Shown piece by piece: positions 8,976-18,843 of a stretch of DNA of 64,000 bases; position 1 is the stretch's first letter; each line of letters starts with the position of its first letter. The stretch lies in IMG/VR virus record IMGVR_UViG_3300045988_159115. One strand, 5' to 3'. The position numbers and the translations under genes were made by a program. Origin of the DNA: a virus. The notes under the pieces are model-generated. The model searched no databases. It had not been told where the DNA came from and saw only the letters and a program-made list of their open reading frames with translations.

Positions 8976-9863
8976 ATGAAAAATAAAAGAATAGGAGTTG
9001 TAGAGACAATGCTTTCAAGAAGACGTAGTTTAGGTGGCGCATATCCTTTGGCATCACAGGACCTCGTTTCGCTCAAGAGCATCATCATCAAAAATGAAAT
9101 CACTATGGATTATATCAATTCGTGGTTTGATACTATGCTTGATGTGTTGAGTGATGCTGTGCACTATCCAGCTAGACAGATACACCTCGGCAGTATGATT
9201 TATGATATCGCCGAAAAGAGCAAAATCGAGTACGGACTTTTCAGATACTCGTATAAAGAATCCATCATAAAGTTTTCCATTAATAAAGAGGACCATGAGA
9301 TTGCATTAGATTTGTATCTCTTTGATGATGTTCTTCCGGCTGCCGCTGGATGCGATAGAAGCGTTATCCATTTCATTCTTTATAACGATACCAGTTTTCG
9401 TAATATGTGGTTTGCTGTAAAGAAAAATACATACATCTACTGGAATAGTGTCATACCCAATAAGGATGCCGGAATACCTAAAGGTGAAGTCTTTGGTATT
9501 ATCGTTCGTGAGATTGAAGACTTCTTGGCTGCGATGCTCTTTACTGTGATCCGGGGCAAGCCTATTCAGCGTGAATCCCGCACTACTTCGTTGCCTGTGA
9601 AGGAGAATACTCATAAGGAAACGAAACCACATTCTAGCCGTAACGACAATAGCCCGATTATCATTGATGCATTGGATAAAGCCACTATCCGTAGAAATAT
9701 CAACGTAAGTCGCGTTGGTGAAAAGCATCATGAAATGCGGTATCGTCATATCGTTCACGGACACTATCGTCATTATAAAGACGGTAGAACCGTTTGGGTG
9801 TCCTCCTATGTGCGGTGCAAAAACAAGGGCTCGAAGTCGGAAGTAATTGGAGGTGACGTATAA
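8976..9863 (+). CDS. Hypothetical early protein (295 aa; alternative start ATG 9009)
   Basis: First gene after promoter-like motif 8901-8908. His/Arg/Tyr-rich C-terminus. No motif recognised. Confidence 0.6.
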   Translation: MKNKRIGVVETMLSRRRSLGGAYPLASQDLVSLKSIIIKNEITMDYINSWFDTMLDVLSDAVHYPARQIHLGSMIYDIAEKSKIEYGLFRYSYKESIIKFSINKEDHEIALDLYLFDDVLPAAAGCDRSVIHFILYNDTSFRNMWFAVKKNTYIYWNSVIPNKDAGIPKGEVFGIIVREIEDFLAAMLFTVIRGKPIQRESRTTSLPVKENTHKETKPHSSRNDNSPIIIDALDKATIRRNINVSRVGEKHHEMRYRHIVHGHYRHYKDGRTVWVSSYVRCKNKGSKSEVIGGDV

Positions 9864-10207
9864 TGCAGTATTCAGGATTATGGCTGTCAAAAGAAATGGC
9901 AGAATCTTTCATCGGATATATCCATGATGGATCGGCAGTACAAACTACTCTTCCGAATGAATATATCCATATCTTTGCTCGGATCACTGAGGGAGGCAAA
10001 CTTTATTTCCGCCTTGATCCGAATGATGCCAAAAGCGGCGAATTCTATTTAACGAATGCCGCTGGCAATGTTTCATACGCTCATGCAACCATCCAAAAGA
10101 TGTATGAGGTTATCAGTGACATGTTCTACCTCACCCATGATCAGAAATACACGAGTTTGAAGACTAAGGTACGGCAGGCTGCCGAAATGAACTCGTGGTA
10201 TAGATGA
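9863..10207 (+). CDS. Hypothetical protein (114 aa)
   Basis: TAATG overlap with the upstream stop. GGAGGTGA SD. Confidence 0.65.
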   Translation: MQYSGLWLSKEMAESFIGYIHDGSAVQTTLPNEYIHIFARITEGGKLYFRLDPNDAKSGEFYLTNAAGNVSYAHATIQKMYEVISDMFYLTHDQKYTSLKTKVRQAAEMNSWYR

Positions 10208-10215
10208 TATATTAT
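10208..10215 (+). promoter_or_regulatory. Phage promoter-like motif TATATTAT(A)
   Basis: GATGATATATTATATATA directly after stop 10207 and 31 nt before ATG 10246. Confidence 0.5.
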
Positions 10216-10245
10216 ATATATATATGAAAGGAGTGAGAGCGAAAT

Positions 10246-10356
10246 ATGAAATTCCAAAATCGTATTGGAAAGAATATCATGAAGGCTTTTAAGAAAAAGC
10301 CGAGACGGTATCCTGTGAGCGCGAAAACGGTACTCGATATCATCAAAAAGAAATAA
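10246..10356 (+). CDS. Possible 36-aa very basic peptide
   Basis: GAAAGGAG SD upstream of the ATG. Product is MKFQNRIGKNIMKAFKKKPRRYPVSAKTVLDIIKKK. Lies between promoter motif 10208-10215 and the next gene. Below the track cutoff. Confidence 0.35.
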   Translation: MKFQNRIGKNIMKAFKKKPRRYPVSAKTVLDIIKKK

Positions 10357-10367
10357 GGAGAAAAAGT

Positions 10368-11051
10368 ATGAAAAAGAAAGCAATTAAGAAAATCTTCCAT
10401 GGAGAGATGGACTCCTATAAGGAGAAACTGGTTGTGCGCTTCATGTCTGAGAAGGCGACAGCTCAGGCGTACAGTTATCTTGATGATCATATCAAAGAGC
10501 TGAAGTTGACCGGCGACGATGCCGAGAAACTTCCGTGGGTAAATCGTCAGGCAGATAACCTTTGCAGTAAGGCAATGAATGAATCCATGCGTCATTCGAA
10601 TATTGCTTATGGCATTAAGATTGCTTTGGAAGGCGTTTGCGACGAATTAGCCATTGAGGTGTACGATGATTACGCGATGCTCATCGTTGACCCTGACAGC
10701 TTTGAGGTTGACCCGTTCTCGTATGTGGCTGACTGCGGGGTTTCCATTTTGGACGACCCCCTCAACAGCTTTGCTAAGCTTCGTAAGAAGTACTTAGAGC
10801 TTGCCAATAAAATCTCTAAGGCAAAGGCTGATATGGACGATGCTAAAGATGACGGTGTGGTTGCTGAGATCACTTCTGTCGACGATGAAGACACTCCTTC
10901 CAAACAGCAAAAGGCTGAGTGGCTTGACTCGTTTGAAGAGCTTATACAGAATGCCAATGCAGGGAACTCTTCTGACGCAGTTCCTGCTGAAGAATCTCCC
11001 AAAGAAGCTCCTTCGGAGGAATCTCCTGTGGAAGAGGAGTCTCATGAGTAA
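10368..11051 (+). CDS. Hypothetical protein with acidic C-terminal tail (227 aa)
   Basis: AAGGAGA SD. Terminator at 11075-11108. Confidence 0.7.
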   Translation: MKKKAIKKIFHGEMDSYKEKLVVRFMSEKATAQAYSYLDDHIKELKLTGDDAEKLPWVNRQADNLCSKAMNESMRHSNIAYGIKIALEGVCDELAIEVYDDYAMLIVDPDSFEVDPFSYVADCGVSILDDPLNSFAKLRKKYLELANKISKAKADMDDAKDDGVVAEITSVDDEDTPSKQQKAEWLDSFEELIQNANAGNSSDAVPAEESPKEAPSEESPVEEESHE

Positions 11052-11074
11052 GTAACTCACATGCATTCTTGGAA

Positions 11075-11108
11075 GGACCTAACAGCCAGTTAGGCATCCC
11101 TCTTTTTT
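11075..11108 (+). terminator. Terminator, copy 1 of a duplicated 34-nt element
   Basis: GGACCTAACAGCCAGTTAGGCATCCCTCTTTTTT. Confidence 0.7.
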
Positions 11109-11159
11109 CCATCCACACTAAATTAATTTACTTTATCACGAAAGGGAGTGAATTAATTT

Positions 11160-11354
11160 ATGAAAGAAGACAACGGGTGGATTACGCTTCTACAGATTAC
11201 AATTGGCGCATATCTGTGCTATTTTCAATACATCATGTACATGCTGATGCTCAGTCATAATGCAAATGAAACTAGAAAAGAACGCCAATTTGCTATTCGT
11301 CGGGTAATTAAAAAAATTTATATGTGGATGAAGAAGGAGTTCTGGGGAGAATGA
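11160..11354 (+). CDS. Small membrane protein (64 aa)
   Basis: AAGGGAG SD. One hydrophobic helix (WITLLQITIGAYLCYFQYIMYMLML). Confidence 0.5.
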   Translation: MKEDNGWITLLQITIGAYLCYFQYIMYMLMLSHNANETRKERQFAIRRVIKKIYMWMKKEFWGE

Positions 11355-11536
11355 GTGCGCCTAACAGCTACTATTATGATGATTATTATGACGAGTTGGA
11401 ATGGATGGATAATGCCAGCGCATTCGATTGGATCAGGTTTTATCTTGCAATCGGAATTATGATGGTCATCCTGTACCCTATTTGGGCGGTCCAAAAAGTG
11501 AAAGAACTCATCACTGGCTTATTTAAGCACAATTGA
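11351..11536 (+). CDS. Small membrane protein (61 aa)
   Basis: ATGA overlap with the upstream stop. Helix FYLAIGIMMVILYPIWAV. Confidence 0.5.
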   Translation: MSAPNSYYYDDYYDELEWMDNASAFDWIRFYLAIGIMMVILYPIWAVQKVKELITGLFKHN

Positions 11537-11585
11537 TTAAGCAAAAGGATTTCTATGATCCTGAAAATGAAAGGAGATAATAATT

Positions 11586-12578
11586 ATGGCTATGGCTATG
11601 AAGCTTCTGCTTCTGGATCCGGAGACCAATGACTACGGCAATGGCCTTACTGCGATTGAAAAGATGCGTGGTGAGATGGTTGATTTCCCTGATGAATGGG
11701 AGATTGGCATTTCCGATAAGACTGGCACATCTGCAATGCAGTCTTTCGTCATCTATAAGGGCGCTGTCTGGGATATCGTGAAGAACTACTACGACCTTGA
11801 TAATAAGGTGCGTATCTTCATGTGTATCAAGTCTAAGGAGACTTATGACGATCCGAAGTATTATGACGAGACTCATAAGAAGCCCGAGACACCTAAGCCC
11901 ATCAACCCTCCAGTTCGTGTCGATCCTACCTCTGTTTCATACAAGGCAAAGAATCTGATTGATCGTGCCATCGCTTCTGCAATGAATGGCGCTGGTAAGA
12001 ATGAGAAGGATCTTGCCGCAAAGGTATATACTGCTCTTGGTACTATTACCGAGGGCGGCCACATCGACATGGATGCGCTCACTCCCAGTGAGGCTGATGA
12101 GCAGGCAAAGATGGAAGCGTGGTCAGCTGCTGTTAAGGCTGGTAAGCACGCTGATGCTTGCAATATCACCGTCTACACCATTGATGCTGGCTCTGGCGTT
12201 GCATATGAGGTAACAGAGGCTACCCTCAACGACGTTGCTAAGAAGCAGACCGAAGAGTTTGTCGCAGATGAGATGGAGACTGCCCTCAGCGTCTGCAAGA
12301 CTGCAAAGTTCACAGTTGGTGGTAACGCTCGTGAGATGTTTGGTAAGACATACATGGGTTGGGTCGTGAATATTTCTCTTTCCGAAGTTGCTGCAAAGAC
12401 TACTGTAGAGAAGCCGAAGCCCGACTCTACTGAGACACATCAGCCTACGGAATCCACCGGTACTACAGAATCAACTGATACTGAGAAGACTCAGGCTCCT
12501 TCCGAGGACGCAAATACTGAGGCAGAGACTCAGACAGTTCCGAATCCCTACGATGAGATTCTCACTCCTGCCACCTGA
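11586..12578 (+). CDS. Hypothetical protein with T/E/S-rich tail (330 aa)
   Basis: GAAAGGAGA SD. Terminator at 12590-12641. Confidence 0.7.
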   Translation: MAMAMKLLLLDPETNDYGNGLTAIEKMRGEMVDFPDEWEIGISDKTGTSAMQSFVIYKGAVWDIVKNYYDLDNKVRIFMCIKSKETYDDPKYYDETHKKPETPKPINPPVRVDPTSVSYKAKNLIDRAIASAMNGAGKNEKDLAAKVYTALGTITEGGHIDMDALTPSEADEQAKMEAWSAAVKAGKHADACNITVYTIDAGSGVAYEVTEATLNDVAKKQTEEFVADEMETALSVCKTAKFTVGGNAREMFGKTYMGWVVNISLSEVAAKTTVEKPKPDSTETHQPTESTGTTESTDTEKTQAPSEDANTEAETQTVPNPYDEILTPAT

Positions 12579-12589
12579 TAAAGTTTAAA

Positions 12590-12641
12590 AATAAGATTAC
12601 GCTCTACTCTATATCAAAGAGACAGAGCGTAATCTTATTTC
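12590..12641 (+). terminator. Rho-independent terminator
   Basis: AATAAGATTACGCTCT pairs with AGAGCGTAATCTTATT, followed by a T-run. Confidence 0.75.
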
Positions 12642-12666
12642 TATCAAATAAAAAGGAGAATGAAAT

Positions 12667-13203
12667 ATGACTATCGAAGAAGAATTCAAACTGTATGCTG
12701 ATGATTTTTACAGACAGCATGAGTTTGTTGCTATGGACGAAGACTGCTGGGAGAAAGAGCAAGCGGTTCGTGATATCATCTGGCCGGTTCGTCAAAAGTA
12801 TGGCAGTGTAGATGATCCGGAATTATTACAGCCTTTTCATGATGAAGCTGAAGTCTGCCATATTCAGGGCATGTGGTTGCATGATGCGCCAATTCTGTGC
12901 GCAAAGGTTATTGACGATGATAGCTTCATTATCCGTCCTGATATGGAGATCATGGTTCAATGCTTTGGATCTGATATGGTGGATGACACAGAGATGAATG
13001 TCAAATATGCAACTTATGCGCATGGCCCGTATAAGGAGTTCAGGAAGCTCATTCTTGAAAGCGATGGCTTTGCTGATAAGTTCCAGTTACTCCTGCATTT
13101 TGACTGGGCACTTGGTTGCTCTATGTGCATTCCGTACGGAATGTATAGCCAGTATGATATCAGGACGGATGCGAGAGATTTTGATAAACTGACTTGTGAA
13201 TAA
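12667..13203 (+). CDS. Hypothetical protein (178 aa)
   Basis: AAAGGAGA SD. Bidirectional terminator follows. Confidence 0.7.
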   Translation: MTIEEEFKLYADDFYRQHEFVAMDEDCWEKEQAVRDIIWPVRQKYGSVDDPELLQPFHDEAEVCHIQGMWLHDAPILCAKVIDDDSFIIRPDMEIMVQCFGSDMVDDTEMNVKYATYAHGPYKEFRKLILESDGFADKFQLLLHFDWALGCSMCIPYGMYSQYDIRTDARDFDKLTCE

Positions 13204-13204
13204 G

Positions 13205-13249
13205 AAAAGAAGACTACATTGGATGGATTTCCATGTAGTCTTCTTTTTT
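13205..13249. terminator. Bidirectional terminator between convergent genes
   Basis: AAAAGAAGACTACAT pairs with ATGTAGTCTTCTTTT. Confidence 0.8.
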
Positions 13250-14486
13250 AGCTATACATCTGGATGGAGAGAATGAAATACATAAAGATTGCTTTTGTAT
13301 AGTCAACTCTTGTAGCAGAGCGACTGAACTTCCGATAAATACCAGAAGAAGTTCCCCATTTATCCAGAGTAGTTTTTATGTTAGTGACGTTCTTATCCTT
13401 TGAGTTGGTTTTCTTAAACAGCTGAAGAGCATACCCAATGAATTCTTTAGATCTGATTTCATCAGGTTCATGAGAATCAGTGTAGAGATAAAGGAAAAGA
13501 ATACTAGAAATAAATTCTTTCATAGTTTCACTTTCCTTCTCATTGATAATCAGAGAGATGTAGTTCCGAAGATCAAGCTTGGATACCTGTGCAGCGTTTG
13601 AAGCAAAATCTGCAATACGAAGGTCAACGCCATTTGTCAGCATAGACAACACGATCTTGTTGGATAGCGCCTCAACTTTATTGGTATTATTGACGTTATC
13701 CACATTGATATTATCGTCATATGCATCCACTTGCGTTGTAACGAATAGACCTTTCTTATAGTTTGTCTGATAAGCGTTTGCGATCTTCTTCAGCAAACTA
13801 TTTTGGTCATTTCGAATACGCTGGATGAATCGAATTACATCCTGGTCTGCACCACGGTTAAAATCCTTCTCATGGAATTTCCAAGAAGACTGGATTGAGT
13901 ATGTTAGCGTACCAAAGATGTGATTTGATTTCTTGATGATAAACCGATTGCTCAAATTATCAATGGTATATTGCATGATATTTGGATTCGGCTCATATCG
14001 GAAATACTTTGCGAAGATAGATGGATACACAGAAAGAGCCATTGCAATCAACGCACTATTCAGAAGTTTCGCATCTTTTGCCAGAGTTGCATAACGAATA
14101 CAGCAATAGAAGATGAAGAAAATGGGGTTATTCTTAAACAGCCTCCAGTTAGCCTTATCGTTTACCTGTTTTGTGATCTTATCAACCAAAGCAGCAACTT
14201 CTGTATCAGATATACTGAAAAGATCGAAATATTCTTGTTTGTCTTTCATAGTAAACGGAATCAGATATTGCGGTCCGGATGTTGTGAGCTTGTCGTTATT
14301 CCGGCTTACATATCTGCCAATGATATTATTGAAATTCCGTTTTCCTTGATCTGTGGAAAGGACAGCTTCAATCTTTGGGTAAAGCTCATCTTTGATAATA
14401 TACGTGAAAGAGTCATTCGATGCTTCCGAAAAATACATCGGCTCAATATCATAATTATCTTGAGCATCTTCAAAGAAGATAAACAT
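13248..14486 (-). CDS. Hypothetical protein (412 aa)
   Basis: TGGAGGT SD. Convergent with 12667..13203. No motif recognised. Confidence 0.7.
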   Translation of the reverse strand: MFIFFEDAQDNYDIEPMYFSEASNDSFTYIIKDELYPKIEAVLSTDQGKRNFNNIIGRYVSRNNDKLTTSGPQYLIPFTMKDKQEYFDLFSISDTEVAALVDKITKQVNDKANWRLFKNNPIFFIFYCCIRYATLAKDAKLLNSALIAMALSVYPSIFAKYFRYEPNPNIMQYTIDNLSNRFIIKKSNHIFGTLTYSIQSSWKFHEKDFNRGADQDVIRFIQRIRNDQNSLLKKIANAYQTNYKKGLFVTTQVDAYDDNINVDNVNNTNKVEALSNKIVLSMLTNGVDLRIADFASNAAQVSKLDLRNYISLIINEKESETMKEFISSILFLYLYTDSHEPDEIRSKEFIGYALQLFKKTNSKDKNVTNIKTTLDKWGTSSGIYRKFSRSATRVDYTKAIFMYFILSIQMYS

Positions 14487-14543
14487 GTGATTTTACCTCC
14501 ATTCTTTAATAGTTGATTTAAGCTAATGTCCTTTGGCGTAAAT

Positions 14544-14579
14544 AAGACCAGATACTATTGATTTCTAGTATCTGGTCTT
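14544..14579. other. Stem-loop in a divergent intergenic region, abutting a promoter motif
   Basis: AAGACCAGATACTA pairs with TAGTATCTGGTCTT, a perfect 14 bp. Confidence 0.6.
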
Positions 14580-14591
14580 ATTTTATAATGA

Positions 14592-14599
14592 TATATTAT
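14592..14599 (+). promoter_or_regulatory. Phage promoter-like motif TATATTAT(A)
   Basis: GTCTTATTTTATAATGATATATTATA is identical to 8884-8909. 82 nt before ATG 14681. Confidence 0.55.
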
Positions 14600-14680
14600 A
14601 CACATAAGAAGCCATAGAGGAATGGAAGCAATAACCCATCGCAGTTAAATTTTTCATAATTGAAAGGAATTCAAAATATT

Positions 14681-14878
14681 ATGACAAACGATACTGCGCA
14701 CTTCTATCCCTCTATGACCATGACACAGGCCGAGCTTATAGCTAGACTCACTTTTCCAGGAGGAGCATTTAGATATGTCTCTAAATGGGAAGCTGACGAA
14801 GCTGCGGCTCGCGGAGAGAACTTGATTTATATCAAGCCTCCAATTGAATACTCATTGCAGATTCCCAACCATCTGTAA
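14681..14878 (+). CDS. Hypothetical early protein (65 aa)
   Basis: The track start is TTG 14660; ATG 14681 was chosen instead. Downstream of promoter motif 14592-14599. Terminator follows. Confidence 0.5.
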   Translation: MTNDTAHFYPSMTMTQAELIARLTFPGGAFRYVSKWEADEAAARGENLIYIKPPIEYSLQIPNHL

Positions 14879-14889
14879 TTAGTATTAGG

Positions 14890-14932
14890 AGAAAGTTGGT
14901 TCTTATATGGCTTCTTACAACTTTCTTTTTTT
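14890..14932 (+). terminator. Rho-independent terminator
   Basis: AGAAAGTTG pairs with CAACTTTCT, followed by TTTTTT. Confidence 0.65.
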
Positions 14933-14937
14933 AATGA

Positions 14938-14945
14938 TATATTAT
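14938..14945 (+). promoter_or_regulatory. Phage promoter-like motif TATATTAT(A)
   Basis: TTAATGATATATTATAAAT just after the terminator at 14890-14932. 71 nt before ATG 15016. Confidence 0.55.
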
Positions 14946-15015
14946 AAATATGATAGGCAGGAAGGATGTGAAAAATTTATATGCCGAAATCGTTCAAATT
15001 GAAAGGAGTATAAAA

Positions 15016-15402
15016 ATGATCATTAACGGTAATCGAATTGATTTGCTGGAAGACATGCAAACTGTCATGGCAGAAAGGAAGGAGAAGGAATACTATTTCT
15101 CCTTCCATAATATCCGGCATGACATTTTCAGCACATGCTGTGACATGGAAGTCGTCACCAAATCTTCTGATGGCGAGTCTAAGGATACGTTTGGTATGAC
15201 TATTATCGGAGAGAATATCTCTGACACTGGCCGCATTGCTGAGATGTTCTATGATGCAATGCGTACGAACGAATCTTTTGGTGTTTTCACTCTCATCAAC
15301 GAGCATCCTGTTTCTGGTAAACGGATCCAGGTGAAAGAAAAAGATACCGACGGTAAAGAGAAGCAGATTACGATCATTTTCTATGTGAAAGGAGTGATTT
15401 GA
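15016..15402 (+). CDS. Hypothetical early protein (128 aa)
   Basis: ATG 15016 has GAAAGGAG upstream. ATG 14950 lies only 5 nt after the promoter motif and is unlikely to be transcribed. Confidence 0.6.
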   Translation: MIINGNRIDLLEDMQTVMAERKEKEYYFSFHNIRHDIFSTCCDMEVVTKSSDGESKDTFGMTIIGENISDTGRIAEMFYDAMRTNESFGVFTLINEHPVSGKRIQVKEKDTDGKEKQITIIFYVKGVI

Positions 15403-15404
15403 GA

Positions 15405-15794
15405 ATGAGAGTAGAACGCGAACGCAAGTCTACGAAAAACGAGCGTGGGCTAAATGACCGCTTTGTCATTGAGGATTATGATGGACTTGGGAGTTATCTC
15501 ATAATCTCTCCCGAGAAGTTTGACATAAGCCTTGACGGCTTTGTAGATGTTACTTATCAACTTCGAAATGACCGGTGTGCAGAGCATATTGCGGTGCATA
15601 TCTCGTATGATACTATCTTACATGCATCGGGCAAGATTAACGTCGCTGACATCTGCGAAGGCATTTTCTCCAATAAGGATAATATTTGCAATATTATCCA
15701 GGCGTACCCTGGCGCTTACATTCCGATCAAATTCGATGCGGACCCGTATCAGTATGGGTTTAACAGTGGCTATATGAAAAAGGAGGATTATTAA
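15405..15794 (+). CDS. Hypothetical protein (129 aa)
   Basis: ATG with GAAAGGAG 9 nt upstream. Tightly coupled to its neighbours. Confidence 0.6.
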   Translation: MRVERERKSTKNERGLNDRFVIEDYDGLGSYLIISPEKFDISLDGFVDVTYQLRNDRCAEHIAVHISYDTILHASGKINVADICEGIFSNKDNICNIIQAYPGAYIPIKFDADPYQYGFNSGYMKKEDY

Positions 15795-15795
15795 G

Positions 15796-16251
15796 ATGAT
15801 GGAATATTTTTCTGGTGAGTATTACGTAGTTAAGGGGTCTGACAAGAACTACATGTTCTACAACCATACGGCAGTTCATGATGACCGCACCGAGGAGCGT
15901 GGAGACGAGTTTTACAACACCTTCAATATGATCTACCGGGACAGTGAAGGGAAGCTTCAGGAACGAATCTTTGAAGCATCCGCTCAGCTGAGCGATAAGA
16001 AGGTTGTTGCATTCTCCTGTGACACCTTCCATTATCTCATGATTGAGATGATGAATAACCCGATGAAGCTCGGTTCCGTTGTCCGGAATCTTATCTTCGA
16101 GAAGCCGAAGTCTATCGTTCTGAACGACTTCAACCTTGAGATGCTGAAGGATGAGTGCGATTCCGATGAGGTGATTCAGGTGACGGGTCCCAATCAGGAT
16201 GACGTCATCGTTACCTTCAAGCCCATCTCTCCTACCACAAGAAAGGACTGA
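15796..16251 (+). CDS. Hypothetical protein (151 aa)
   Basis: AGGAGGA SD. ATG lies 1 nt after the upstream stop. Confidence 0.65.
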   Translation: MMEYFSGEYYVVKGSDKNYMFYNHTAVHDDRTEERGDEFYNTFNMIYRDSEGKLQERIFEASAQLSDKKVVAFSCDTFHYLMIEMMNNPMKLGSVVRNLIFEKPKSIVLNDFNLEMLKDECDSDEVIQVTGPNQDDVIVTFKPISPTTRKD

Positions 16252-16255
16252 TAAC

Positions 16256-16669
16256 GTGACCGATCATTACAAGGTTTTTGCAGATCAGATCATTGCGAAA
16301 GAAGTCTATAACGAGAGCGATGATACGGTTTATACCATCGTGCCTTGCAGCTCTGGTATGGATGCTTGTCCTGGAACTGATGGTTATTACGCAATGATCT
16401 GGCATAACGCTTCTGGCTTCTCTTCGAAGTTCTTTAAGCTCTCTGTGGTTAAGAAAGAAGAGATTGCTGACTATTGCACTGCCGATCGGATGTGTGAAGA
16501 GGTTATCACAGATACCAGGTCTCTCATTAAGCTGATTAGCAATTTGAATGCTGGCACTATGACGCAGTGTCTCGTACATCTGTCTCTTCCCTCCGAGCAT
16601 AACGGATATTTTAACGGAGCTTTTCGTCAGGAATATGACATCGTCGTTGCAATTACTCCGGTGAAATAA
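16256..16669 (+). CDS. Hypothetical protein (about 137 aa, GTG start proposed)
   Basis: GTG 16256 follows GAAAGGA and the upstream stop at 16251. The longer track ORF (16199) would overlap the upstream gene by 53 nt. Confidence 0.5.
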   Translation: MTDHYKVFADQIIAKEVYNESDDTVYTIVPCSSGMDACPGTDGYYAMIWHNASGFSSKFFKLSVVKKEEIADYCTADRMCEEVITDTRSLIKLISNLNAGTMTQCLVHLSLPSEHNGYFNGAFRQEYDIVVAITPVK

Positions 16670-16671
16670 AT

Positions 16672-16716
16672 AAAAAAGAAGGAGCCAAACCATTTTCGGT
16701 GGCTCCTTCTTTTTTG
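16672..16716. terminator. Bidirectional terminator
   Basis: AAAAAAGAAGGAGCC pairs with GGCTCCTTCTTTTTT. Confidence 0.8.
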
Positions 16717-16719
16717 TAA

Positions 16720-18204
16720 TTATGGAATGATGCTCTTTTGAAAAACACCTTTACACTTTGCTCGGAGAATTGGAAGTTTGTTGACGAGCTGTCTTTCACA
16801 AGGCTCGAACCCAATATCAATCAAATCGTAGAAGTAGGTATCGTCTGTCGGACTATACTCACGCAATCTACCAGATAATTGATTTGCGATTATTTTAGAT
16901 GAGAACGGTGTGGTATTGATAATGGATCTTAAGTCTTTGATATCAACGCCAGTACCACAGCTCTGGATCGTAGAAATAATAACGTCCACACTGGATTTAG
17001 CCATTTCATTCTCTTCTTTTTTATTCTTAGAATGAATTGTGCCAATGGTTCTTCCATCCAAAATTTCAGGGTGCTTCTTAAAGTATTCACAGATGTAATT
17101 GATATTATCAATTTTTGGTACTGTGATAAGAATTTTCCCTTTATGCTTCTTTGCTTCTTCAAATACCTGTAATAGAACTTTCATGAGAGAGTTCTTTGGA
17201 TCTTCGTCAAATGCCCACATTGCAAATAGCAGTGAACTAAATCCTTTATACGTATCACATTTCTTTTTCCAATACGAAGTTGGATTAGAACGATAAGTGA
17301 TTGGGTAATACAGGATATGCTTCCTACTTACAGCAGTAGAAGTTTCTTCCAATGCTTTATTTGACCGATAACGGTAGACAGATGCGAAGCACCGTTCATA
17401 GAGGTGGGCTTCTTGATCATCACTTCGAGTGAAGTTTGCTGTCAGATAATAGGTTCTTACAGTATCACTGAAGTAATCCACATAAATGACATTTCGGAAA
17501 CAAAGATGTGCTTCATCGTATACTTTGACTCCGATTTTCACTTCATGGAAAAACTCTTTTAAAGCGTCTTCCCCTTTATTTCGAGCATAAGTTTGAAGAG
17601 TCTGATGGTTAACGAAGTAGATATCTCCTTCGATGGAACCATCAATAATTCCATCCATCGTCCCACTACCAACGATATTGATGAGTCTATCAGGATCAAT
17701 ATCGGTTTTTTCATGGAACGTGTTAATCCATTGCTCTTTGATTTTATCCTGTGTTGTAATGATCATAGTCCTTGCTTTCATGGAAATGATTGCATTGACC
17801 ATGCAGTACGTTTTCCCAAATCCAGTTTGAAGAATCAATGCTTGCTGACTGGATACGGAAAACCCAGAATATTTCCCACTTGCAGTTAAGAAATTGATGC
17901 AGTCTTTTTGCAAATCGTCTCTTGGAGCAACCGTCATATTTGCATCTTTGAATGTGCGGTATGGATCGTGGTCATATACCATAATTGCTTTTGTATTGAA
18001 GTAATTTTCAAGATAAGCAACGTCCATACCTCTAGGAAGATACAGTTTATCGTCTTTTATCAAATAGACACCGTTTACATATCGGTGTCTCAAATTATCC
18101 CATGTACAAAATCTTTTTTCGATTTTGAATTCTTCACCTTTTTCATAGGGAGATATTTCGATGTGAGTATGAAATACACGGATTGTTTTTGTATCGTATC
18201 CCAT
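16720..18204 (-). CDS. SF2 DEAH-box helicase (UvsW / type III res-like)
   Basis: Motif I TGFGKTY, motif II YDEAH, motif III-like LTANFTR, helicase-C GTGVDI, motif VI QLSGRLRE. Confidence 0.85.
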   Translation of the reverse strand: MGYDTKTIRVFHTHIEISPYEKGEEFKIEKRFCTWDNLRHRYVNGVYLIKDDKLYLPRGMDVAYLENYFNTKAIMVYDHDPYRTFKDANMTVAPRDDLQKDCINFLTASGKYSGFSVSSQQALILQTGFGKTYCMVNAIISMKARTMIITTQDKIKEQWINTFHEKTDIDPDRLINIVGSGTMDGIIDGSIEGDIYFVNHQTLQTYARNKGEDALKEFFHEVKIGVKVYDEAHLCFRNVIYVDYFSDTVRTYYLTANFTRSDDQEAHLYERCFASVYRYRSNKALEETSTAVSRKHILYYPITYRSNPTSYWKKKCDTYKGFSSLLFAMWAFDEDPKNSLMKVLLQVFEEAKKHKGKILITVPKIDNINYICEYFKKHPEILDGRTIGTIHSKNKKEENEMAKSSVDVIISTIQSCGTGVDIKDLRSIINTTPFSSKIIANQLSGRLREYSPTDDTYFYDLIDIGFEPCERQLVNKLPILRAKCKGVFQKSIIP

Positions 18205-18390
18205 ATCCTTCTTCCCTCCTTAGAGTTTCTATGTGTATGTTTTTTTGGCAATATGATGGAATAGCAGTCGGTATCAACCCGTATACCAACTGCTATTCCA
18301 ATATACTTTTTATCTTCATTCAGCAAGGCCCAACAATTCTTCTTCGTATAGGATCTTACTTGCGTTCTGGTGGCTACTACATTAATAAAA

Positions 18391-18843
18391 TCATTTCTTT
18401 TCGAACGAATCATGCTTGAGATGATCATAACAGACATCGCGAATATGTTTGATAGCCATCTCTGCTTTACCATTCGGAATATCGTTATCAACACAGTAAG
18501 CCTCATATTTCTTGCACTGTTCGAGAATATGGTTATATTGCTCTTCAGTGTGCCGATCGTTGTTGTCTCGAATTTCACTCTCAAATTGAAAAATCTCATA
18601 TCGGTATTGAGCGACTTTAAAGTCCTGGAAATCTTTTTTCTGCTCTTCCTGAGCTTTCTTTAACGCATCCAATTCCGTTTTGAGGCCAGAGTTCATTTTG
18701 TCTCCCATCCATTTGAGAATCATTGTAATTGGGTTGAACTTAATAGGAGAAATCTCGATGATCGTGCCAGAAGCGATTAGATAGATTAGCGCCTGTCCAA
18801 TCGCTTTGGCGAGGTCACCAGAATCCATGTTGAATAAGCCCAT
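18391..18843 (-). CDS. Membrane-anchored coiled-coil protein next to the endolysin (function unknown)
   Basis: GAGGT SD. One N-terminal hydrophobic helix (AIGQALIYLIASGTII). Divergent from the endolysin gene. Confidence 0.6.
   Translation of the reverse strand: MGLFNMDSGDLAKAIGQALIYLIASGTIIEISPIKFNPITMILKWMGDKMNSGLKTELDALKKAQEEQKKDFQDFKVAQYRYEIFQFESEIRDNNDRHTEEQYNHILEQCKKYEAYCVDNDIPNGKAEMAIKHIRDVCYDHLKHDSFEKK

Noticed and set aside
14395-14402. A copy of the TATATTAT motif on the minus strand inside the 412-aa CDS.
   Set aside because: It lacks the extended flanks and any downstream start. It is probably a chance occurrence of an A/T 8-mer, and it shows the motif is not exclusive to intergenic DNA.
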